DNA of 41,317 nucleotides, from contig CAVKUX010000001.1 of assembly GCA_963659595.1 (NCBI GenBank), positions 1-41,317 of the forward strand. Reading direction: 5' to 3'. This document shows, piece after piece, positions 1 through 10,000 of this stretch. The notes below the pieces were generated by a model. The model had not been told where the DNA came from. It ran no database searches and saw only the letters and a program-made list of their open reading frames with translations. Position numbers and translations under genes: made by a program. The stretch comes from Anaeroplasmataceae bacterium (GTDB lineage Bacteria; Bacillota; Clostridia; Christensenellales; CAG-917). Each line of letters opens with the position of its first letter. The first letter of the stretch is position 1.

Positions 1-12
1 ATTGTATCTCAT
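1..12 (-). CDS. First 4 codons (MRYN...) of a putative RelE/YafQ-type toxin gene, truncated by the window edge
   Basis: The ATG at 12..10 overlaps the TGA stop of the upstream antitoxin ORF (ATGA overlap), the usual antitoxin-toxin coupling. Only 12 nt are visible. Confidence 0.3.
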
Positions 13-281
13 GCTTCCAAAGCAGACCTAAGACTATCAATATCGTTATACCCTTTGCTTTTGCCCGAAAGTACTTTTTCGTCGCTTTCTTTTATTGCCG
101 CTCTCGTGGTGGTGTTGGGGGTGCAGCCTTTCAATTCAAAAGGCATACCGTTGACGCGAATCGCCTGTTTCAAAAAGACGTTGACAGCAGTCGACAATGA
201 CATACCCATGCTGTCAAAAAGCACTTCGGCGTCTTTTTTCACTTCTTCATCGGTTCTTATGCAAATAGATTTGTTCGCCAT
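9..281 (-). CDS. Type II antitoxin, RelB/DinJ family (ribbon-helix-helix)
   Basis: 90-aa ORF. The N-terminus MANKSICIRTDEEVKKDAEVLFDSMGMSLSTAVNVFLKQAIRVNGMPFEL matches the RelB/DinJ pattern (beta-strand, then ...A..LF..(M/L)G(M/L)..(S/T)(T/A)(A/I)(V/I)N.FL). An AGGAGG RBS lies upstream (rc of 284-296). Confidence 0.85.
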   Translation of the reverse strand: MANKSICIRTDEEVKKDAEVLFDSMGMSLSTAVNVFLKQAIRVNGMPFELKGCTPNTTTRAAIKESDEKVLSGKSKGYNDIDSLRSALEA

Positions 282-333
282 AAGCCTTCCTCCTTTTATA
301 TTCTACGCAAAATGTATCACATTATACACACAA

Positions 334-351
334 TGTCAATATTTTTTGACA
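334..351. promoter_or_regulatory. Inverted repeat TGTCAA-N6-TTGACA upstream of the antitoxin gene; candidate autoregulatory operator or promoter core
   Basis: Perfect 6-bp arms at 334-339 and 346-351, about 55 nt upstream of the RelB/DinJ start on the minus strand. A TATAAT on the minus strand lies just downstream of it. Confidence 0.35.
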
Positions 352-415
352 TTTTATGCGCATTTTTAATGCAAATGTAATACAAATGATATACAAGTTT
401 TTTAAATCTTTATTT

Positions 416-509
416 CCTCAGAATGACAAGAGGGCGGGAACGCCCGCACCCGATTTGCGTTTCGCACGCTGGATTCCCACGTCGCTTTGCTTCTCGGAAT
501 GACGGGCGC
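416..509. repeat. REP-like intergenic repeat, copy A (hairpin module + GGATTCCCACG module + partial hairpin module)
   Basis: cctcagaatgacaagagggcgggaacgcccgcacccga (416-453) and gctggattcccacg (468-481) both recur at 845-960. Confidence 0.6.
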
Positions 510-844
510 AAAAATCATCGTCGAGGCAACGGCAAAACGCAAGAGTGAGTATTGCCGAGAGCCTTGCTTGATTTTTGCGCTACTACCGCGCAGAGAATTT
601 GCGCTATTCGTTCAAGCACGGACAAAAATTAAGCCACAGTTTCGCCAAATTATCTGCTTGGTGAAGCGCACTTTGTGCGCATATGGAAAATTTTTTGAAA
701 AAATTTGCAAATCGTCCAATAAAACGATTGCGTGGATTGTATATATAATATAAAATATATAAATAATGCGTGCATACGCAAGGCATTAATGCAATGATAT
801 CGCCAGAGGCGACATCCTCGCCAAAAGGGAACATAAAAATATTC

Positions 845-960
845 CTTGTCATTCTGAGGGAACGGAGTGACCGTGAGAATCAAGCGGAGCGAAATGCGCC
901 TGCGGCTGGATTCCCACGCTACGCTCGGAATGACGAGAGGGTGGGGACACCCACACCCGA
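845..960. repeat. REP-like intergenic repeat, copy B
   Basis: 845-859 (cttgtcattctgagg) is the reverse complement of 416-430. gctggattcccacg at 905-918 is identical to 468-481. 923-960 matches 416-453 at 31 of 38 positions by hand alignment. Confidence 0.6.
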
Positions 961-1022
961 ATGGAAGATTAAAATATACCTAAACTGCGGCAGAGCCGCA
1001 ATATCACTGCTGGAGACACACA

Positions 1023-4000
1023 ATGAAAAACACAGGGACAACACAACAAACAAAACTGAAAAAGTGTATGAAGTGGACTGCGAGCGGATTGCTGCTTGCG
1101 GTGATGTTTGTCCTCGTCTTTGCCGGCACGCTCTCCGCGTCTTTCGGCATTGAAGAAAACCTCCAACAAAACGGCATAATCGAGAGCAATGTGGCAGATG
1201 CGGTTACTCCAAACGCAAGCACGCACACTTCAACAGTGTATTGGACGGATGCGAGAGATTCTGCCTCATTTGATATAACAAGACAAGCGCAGTATTGGAA
1301 TGTAACCACCACACCAACGAACACAACTGCGAGTACCGGAACAAATATAATAGGCTTTTCTACTACCGGTATGTCAAAGAGTTCATTACAGGTGGGACGA
1401 GCATATCATACCATCGAACTTGGAAATTTTTCAGCAACTTCAATAAAGATATCCTGTAAGGTGTATGTTCTGCTTAAATATGGTGGTGGAACGACGGCCG
1501 TTACCAAAGGTGCAAGCTTAAGGTATTCTACCAATGGAACAGACTACGATTGGATATCAACCGCAGCACATGGGTTTGATAGGGGACCAGGCAATGCCGG
1601 TTCTGATGGTTATGGTCATTATATGTTTAGAAAAGTCGCAGGTTCCGGGGAGTATTCAAAAGAATCGGAATCTGTAATGGAAAAAACAATAAATGGTAGT
1701 TTTACGCCCGGTTCGAAAATTTATCTTGAGTATGTTGACAGTTGGTATGCTAATAGCAGGGAAATAAAGAGTGGCAGTTATGGTCAATTGACATATTTGC
1801 AAGTCACGTTCGGTGGCGTTACTACAACAATCAATCTTGAATCAGGGGCAAATGGGGCAATTTCACCAAGCGGAACGCAAACATTTAATTCATCAACAGC
1901 AAGTGTAACAAGCACGGCGACACCAAATGAAGGTTATCATTTTGACGGTTGGTATGTCGGCTCAACCAAAGCGTTTTCAAATAATCCCCAAACCTTTACA
2001 GGCACAAATATTACTGCAAAGGAAACCTACACTGCAAATTTTGCACTCAACAAACTCAATGTCGTGTATTGGCGCAATCTTAATGACAGCGATAATACGC
2101 AACTGACAGACCCAAACGGAAATACGTTTACATACACACAAGCAAAAGCGTTTTACAACTTGAGTAAAACAGACGGCAAAACTTTTGTCGGGTGGGCAAC
2201 CGCAAGAAACGGTACTGTTTTGCATGGCTACGGAACGTCAACCGACGGCGGAACACAATCAATCGGCGGAGTGAGTTTCTTGCCGTCCGCTAACAATGAT
2301 GCGACGGTCAATTTGTATGCCATTTGGATTGACAGCGATTTCGGGATAGTTTCGGGCGGGAGCCGTGAAAACAATTGGGGTTCGCAAAGCAATCCTTTTG
2401 TCATTTCGACAGTGCAACATCTCAAAAACTTGTCGGAAATAGTAAACGGTTTCCGTGATCCTGTGGACAGCGTCACAGGCACATATTACGGCAACAGTAT
2501 AACAACAACAGCGACAAAGACAAACGGTGTTGTCACGTTTGCAAACTGCTATTTTGTCATTTCGGCGGATATCGGGTCGGCGAGTGCGCCGATGGAACTC
2601 ACGCCTATCGGTAGGAATGCAACCAATTATTTTGCAGGCACCATTTCGGGACAAAACAACTCGCAAAAGACGATATATTTGAATATCCAACAGAGCGGCG
2701 AGAGCAACGTCGGTCTTTTCGGCTATGTCAAGGGTGCGAGCATTTCGTACATAAAGACGGCAGGCACGGTGGTCGGCGGTACGGCAACGGGCGGCTTGGT
2801 CGGATACATGGAAAACGGGGAGATTTTCAATTGTTCAAACAGCGCAAATGTGAGCGGCACAGGCAAAACTGCCGGCATTGTCGCATACAATTTCGCTGAT
2901 GTAAGAGGAAGAATTTACGGAACAATCACCAACAGCGGAAATATCACGGGCAGCGGTTTTGTCGGCGGTATTGCAGGGCAGTATCACGGCTATTGGTGCG
3001 ATTCAAGTGCAAACTACGGCACATTTACCAACAGCGGTACGATAAACGGCGGCAGCGGCGCGTCGGTGGGCGGTGTTACGGGCTTTACGGACAGCGAGAT
3101 TAGAAACGCTGCAAACACAGGCAGCGTCACGGGCGGCTCGTCGGTTGGCGGTATCGCAGGAAGAACTCAAAACAAAATCTCAAACAGTTATAATACCGGC
3201 AATATAAGAGGTACGTCGGCGGTTTCGAACTCCGAAATCGCTGCAGGAAGTAAGACAGGCGTTTTTGCAGGAGGCATCACGGGATATACCACCGCAAACG
3301 CCACTATTTCACATTGCTACAACAAGGGTGATATTTCGGCGTTGTCAGCAAGCGGTGAGTATATATCCAGCGGTGACTTTTTGGGAGGCATCGTCGGATA
3401 TGCGCAAGCAACGGTAGAGTATTGTGCAAATATCGGCGGATTGATTGACGGCAACAATTATATCGGCGGTATAGTCGGCGATGCGTCAAGCACAACAAGT
3501 ATAAGTTATTGCTATGACGTAGAGGGGCAAAGAAATTATCGCTGGGATTACTGCAATCTCGGCGCAATCACAGGCTCGGGCGGTACGGTCACAAATTCGT
3601 GGGCAATAAAGGAAAAAGACGTGACTTGGAATGCTTCAATTTCCGGCGCCACTGTCAGCACGAGTGGCAGAAAACTCGTGACAAGTTTCACAGTCACTCC
3701 GCTTGTCATAAACGGCGGCGAAACGGAAGCGGTGTGGACGGATATTTTGTCTGCCGACATAAACGGTTTCAAGATTTCGACGAGCGTTTCAAGCGGCAAT
3801 TATCTCAAACTTTCAAATAACAACGGCAACGGTGTGCTTCCGTATAAGGTTGCAAACGGTTATACGGAGCAGAACAGCACGAGTTCAACCGCAATCACGC
3901 AAGGCAATATAAGTTGTGATATATATTACAATGCTACAACTTCAAGCGATATATACGCGCAAAGCGAAGCAATCGGCATAGACACCACAAGCAAAACATA

Positions 4001-7000
4001 TGACGCAACCGCAAAAGAGGTCGGCAGTTTCACAACACCGAGCAACTACACGCTCGCAACATTCTATTTCGATCGTGACAGTAGCGGCAATCCCACCGGC
4101 ACGCCGACAACAAGCAGAACGGATGCCGGCACATACGTTGTCATTTCGGACGTCAAGTTTACGGTTGACGGCACAACCTACGTTGTCGGTCGCAAACAGG
4201 CGGATTGGACAATCGACAAAAGAAAACTCTCGGTGGAGGGGTTGACGGACAATAAACTCGCAGTCAACTATGGCGTGAATGTCGAAAGCAAGATTGTGTG
4301 GGAAAACGTGGTGAGCGGACACAGCGTGGTGCCGGACACTTCCGCTTATAATTTTTATGAATCTAATAGTGGGTCTAATTCATATACCATTTCAAGCATC
4401 GTTGTGAAAAGCGGAAACGACGACGTTTCGAGCAACTATGAGATTACGTCATTTACGATAGTTGTTTCTGCAGGCGATTTCTACGTCCAAAACAGCGGCA
4501 TAGACGCAAACAATATCGCCGACAACAAATGGGGCAGCGTGAACAATCCGTACATAATCAGCACTCCTCAGCAACTTCAAAAGTTGACAAGTATTGTGCG
4601 CAACGACGGTGCGCTCAACAGCATACAGACGGGTGCTTATGTGTACGTCACCGCAACCGACAAAACGTATTCGGGCGCATATTTCAAACTTGCAGACAAT
4701 TTGTCGGTGGGCAATATCACGCCAATCGGCACAAATTCGGCAGCGTTTTCGGGCATATTCGACGGAAACGGCAAGACCGTTACCGTGGCTATCAATGTGG
4801 CGGGCAACTATGTCGGGTTGTTTGGATATACGAGCGGCGCGACTATCAAGAATCTCACCGTCAACGGCAGTGTGAAAGGCTCGAAGTACGTCGGCGGCGT
4901 TGTGGGCTATGCGCTCAACACCACAATCGACAACGTCACCAACAACGCATCCGTCACCGCACGATATTCCACAGACAACGATTTGCCCACATCAATTCTT
5001 CAATACGACGGCGGCAATGCTACTAATGAAGGGTTTGACAAAGTTTTTGACAACAACATTTCAACAAAGTTCTGCGGAAACGAAAACTCAAGCATGAGTT
5101 TTGTTGCGAATTTGAACAGTAATGTTGCTGTTTCGGGCTTTGCAATCACAAATGCGAACGATACGGCAACACAGACCAACAGGCGTCCGAAAACGATTCA
5201 AATTTGGGGTTCGGACACAAGAACAAGTCGCAGTAATTACAACAACAAGAGCAGCGGCGGCAACACACCGTCGGGTGCCGGCGAATCGGGTTGGACACTT
5301 GTGTATTCCGTCACAACGGACAATTTCCCGACGACAAACTATCAAAGAAACGAGTTTGCGTTTGCAAACAACAAGACTTACAACTATCAATATTACTGGG
5401 TTTATATCATAAGCGCAGGCGGACTGATTCAATTTGCAGAGTTCGACTTTTTGGCGGCAGGCGAGGACGCAGGCGGCATTGTCGGACATGCTTACACCGA
5501 CACTGCAAAGGCTATCACAAATGTCAAAAACACAGGCAATGTCGTGGGCGGCACTTACACGGGCGGTATCGCAGGATATGCGCAAGGATTGAGCAACGCA
5601 AGTTTGAATTTGAGCGGCGCTACAAGCGGCGCTACAAACAGCGGAAACATAACGGGTCATAACTATGTGGGCGGTGTTGCAGGACATGCGCAGGACTTGG
5701 CAATTTCGGGTTGTACAAACACAGGAACCGTCAGCGGCGTTGACACGGTCGGCGGCATTGCGGCGTATAGCTTTGGCGGCAACATCGTTTCAAGCGAAAA
5801 TACAGGCACAATCAGCGGCACCACCAAAGTGGGCGGCATCACAGGTCGGAAAAACTGGGGGTCAATCGGCACAAGCGGCAGCGTCACCGTCATCAACAAA
5901 GGCGCGGTTGTCGGCACAGGCTCGTATGTGGGCGGCGTTGCGGGCGTGGTTGATTCTACAACGTCATCTATAAAATACGTCGGCAACGAAGGCTCGGTCA
6001 CAGGTGCAAACTATGTGGGCGGCGTTGCAGGCAGTTCGGCAAAAGCAATAAGCAACAGTTACAACACAGGCACCGTCAGAGGCACAACCGCCGTTGATGA
6101 CGCTTTGGGCAAGGGCTTGTTTGTGGGCGGCATCGTCGGCGTGACATCGTCGGGCGTCACGGTTTCGCATTGCTACAACAAGGGATATATTACAGGCACG
6201 TCGACAAGCGGCAGCGCGGTTTCATACGCAAACTTTGTGGGCGGCATTGTCGGTTATGCGCAAGGCTCGATTGAATATTGCGCAAATATTTACGATTCGT
6301 CAATAAACAGTGACAGCAGCGCACGAATAGAAGGCAACGACAAAATTGGCGGCATTGCCGGTCAATCATCAAGCACAATCGATTTTTGCTACGACGTGCA
6401 GGGTCAGCGCAGTTTGAAACACGGCGGTGTGGTCGGTGCAGTTGTCGGCGAGGGCGGTACGGTCACAAATTCGTGGGCAATCAAAGAACGCAACTCTACA
6501 GGGAATACTCCCTCAACCATAAATACGCCAAACCATACGTTGACGACCGATTTTACGGTTGCGCCGAGAGTGGGTACGATAAGCAATAGTGTGTGGACGG
6601 ACGGCTCGGGCGATTGGGTGTGGGAGGATATCCTCACTCAAAATATCAACGGATTCAAGGTCAGCGGAAGCGTTGCAACCGACAACTATTTCCTCTCGTC
6701 AAAGGGGTCTGGCAATACGACGGAATATCTTGCGCCGAGCAAGGTTGAAAACAGCAATACCGCAAACGCTACGTCGAGGACAGATACGACGGCGTTTACA
6801 ATCACGGCGTGGTACGGCGCAAATACGCAAAGCAATATCTATTGCGCGACAGAGGGCATCGCAATTTCAAACGCAACAGAAATATACAACGGAAGCGAGC
6901 AAGGCTTTGACAAGGACGACGTCAATCCGCCTCTTGCAAGCGGCAAAGTGTACGGAGTTGTGTTTGACTACTACAATGCGAGCGTTACGCCGATTGAGGG

Positions 7001-10000
7001 GTTTATTTGCGCTTTCGACGCGGACGGCAACAAAATCTCGGGGGCGAATCCCTCTCAAGCGGGCGAATACAACACCACCGTTTTCATCAAGATAGGCGAC
7101 GTTGTCGTCGGCAAAAAGGTCGGCGTTACATACAAAATCGATCAAGAAACAATCAACGTTTCGTGGACTTGGACGGACGGATTGTGGCAAGACAAGTTCA
7201 ACCGTACACAAAATTCGGTATACACAAGTACAACCAACAACGTTTTCATCTACAACAGAGCGGGTCAAGGTTTGAGCGGGGTGACTTTTGCTTACGCCAA
7301 CAACACCTTTACGGACACCGCTTTGTCGAGGTTTACGTTGACAGGCAACGGAACATTCACAACAGAAAACGGCACGTTGACGGAAATAAATGCAAGCGGC
7401 AGTGCATATTCTCGCACATACACGCTTGGCGACACGAGAAACTTCAAGATTCATTCGACAAATACAAATGTGGATTTGTCGGGAACGTCGATTACGTTTG
7501 AGTGGATTATTCGCAAGAATAAGTTGTACATCACCAACTTGTGGACGAGCGCAGACGTGGGCAGTGAAGAGAATATCTACGTCTTTGAATACAACGCCGC
7601 GCATCAAGGCATTGCGGAAAGAGAAGGAGAAAACGAAGGCATTATTCTCGTGGTCGAACCCGACACCAAAAATATAACACACACAATTGACGGCAGCGCA
7701 TACACCATTGCTCCCTACGTTGGCACAATCAACGTCGGCACATACACGCGCACGCGCACATTTACAATCAACAATACAACCAACTATGAGATTGGCAATT
7801 GTTCTTCGAGAATAGTCAACACAACCACGTTGTTGAAAACGCAAAAAGGCGTGTCAAAGACAAGCACAAGCGTGACGTATTCGTGGAAGATTGTGCAGTA
7901 CAACATCGCAAACAACTTTGCAAACGGAAAGGTTTGGTTCGGCGGTATCGCAGGCAATGACGGGCTTATCGTCGGCAATCAGTCGGCTTCTACAATTTCG
8001 GGAACGACGAGGGGCGGCGACAGCGTAAGCGTTGACTACTATCCGTTGCAATCCGCTCAAAACGGCGTGCAACAAGTGCTTGTCTACGGTCAGACACGCT
8101 ATGCGCAGGACAAGTTTGTCATCTACGTTGAGTACAATGACGGCAGGATTGCGCAACTTTCAAACGCAACAGCCACCGAATACACGCTGTCCGACCTCGA
8201 CACACCAACAGCCGCAAATCCCACGCCAATAAACACGAGCGTGAAGGCAAGCGGCCTGGGCAACTTTGCGGGAGATCTCAGCAAATACTATACGGTTTTG
8301 TACAGCGATTTCGGCTGGAAGTCGGGCAAGAATCCGAGTTCGGCAAATTGGGGCACTGCGGACAATCCCTACGTCATCGACAGACCCGAATATCTGCTCC
8401 GCCTCAGCCAAATCGTCAACGGCGGCATGGCGTGGAACTCGATTGCAAACACGGCATACTGCTATGCGCCGCAAGCCACCGCAACCGCACAGAATCGGAC
8501 GTACAGCGGCACTTTCTTCCTCGTGAGCGCAAACATAGATATGACCGACTACGTCAGCACGGACGGATTGACAAACTTCCTGCCGATAGGCGACGGGGAG
8601 CATCCGTTCTCGGCGACGTTCGACGGCAGTAACAACGTCGGTAGTGAGCGTATCATTTATAGTATTACCTATATATATAATATCAATCTTTTCGTTAATA
8701 ATGCGAATTCGAGCGGCGGCGAAAGGCTCGATTACGTCGGTCTGTTCGGCTATATTGACGGCGCAACAATCCAAAACCTCACCGTCAAGAGCAAGAGCGT
8801 AACCGTAAATAATGCGTCGTATAAGGGCGTTTACGGCAGAGATTACGTCGGTGGCGTTGTCGGCAAGGCGGTGAATTCCACCATAGAAGAAGTGCAACTC
8901 GACTACGGCGGCTACGTCCAAGGCAACGATTATGTCGGCGGCATAGTCGGCTTTGCCCAAAACACGACAATCGCAAACTCTGCCAAGATTTTTAACGCAA
9001 ATGTTAAAGGCAGATTCTACGTCGGCGGAATCGCGGGCGAGTGGCAAGTCAACGACAAAAACCAACTCGGACTCGGCAGACACGACACACTTACGCCCAT
9101 CGACAGCAGTTATGTCGAAGGCGTGAAGTACGTCGGCGGTCTTGTGGGCTGGCTGGATTTGTCAAATTGCAGCGGAAGCGTATCCTTTACGCCGCAATAC
9201 AACAACACCGCAAACAAAACGCTCGAAGTGAAAGGCACGGAATACGTCGGCGCGCTGTTCGGCACGCTCATAGGCAACGGATATCGCCAAAGCGCAAACA
9301 GCACGGGCTTGACTTCAATCGTCATCGAATCGGGCAAGGTGGGCAACGTCACGCTCAAACCCGTGACGTATGCGGACGGAAATTCGACGTATTTGCCCAA
9401 AATTGTGGGCGGTCTTGTCGGATTTATCGAGAGTGCGGCACTCGTTTTCGGCACGAGTTGGAACACCAATAATATCACTTTCGACTTCAATAAAACTTCG
9501 ACGTCCTTCCTCGGCGGCGTGGTCGGCGTTATGGGCAAAAATTCGACTATCGAAATGTTTGTTCTCAACAAGGACGACGGCTCCACGCTCACATCCGTTG
9601 ACGGAGCAATCACGGCGAATACGCAGTTCGGCTCCTACGGAGTGTACAACGCAGGCAGTTTTGTGGGCGGTATTGTAGGCTACGTTTCCTCGCAAGCAGG
9701 CACTTTCTGGAATGACGGCACAACCATATTCGGCAACGCAGTTAAACTTGAAAACACCGCAAACATTTCTGCCACAGGCTTCGCAGGCGGCATTTTCGGC
9801 GCACTCGGAAACATCGCTCTTTCGAAGATAGAGCAGAGCGTCGGCGCTGTTTATAACGAAATATCCGTTGCGCAAAATCAAGATAACAGAACTAATATTC
9901 TTCAAAAAATCCTCGTAGGCGGCGTGAGAGAGGGCTTGTCAGGCTCAACGCTCGGCATTGCGCCCACCACCGACAGCGACTATGTTTCGGGCGCAAACGG

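Noticed and set aside
487-1153. Small ORFs in the 740-bp region upstream of the giant gene (487-753 +, 604-852 -, 650-883 -, 770-1153 +)
   Set aside because: They overlap REP-like repeats and AT-rich promoter-like DNA. They lack RBSs, overlap one another, and have implausible translations.
8641-8700. Extremely AT-rich patch inside the giant ORF as an IS or intron insertion or an internal promoter
   Set aside because: The reading frame continues through it without interruption. There are no flanking direct or inverted repeats. It is noted only as a compositional anomaly.
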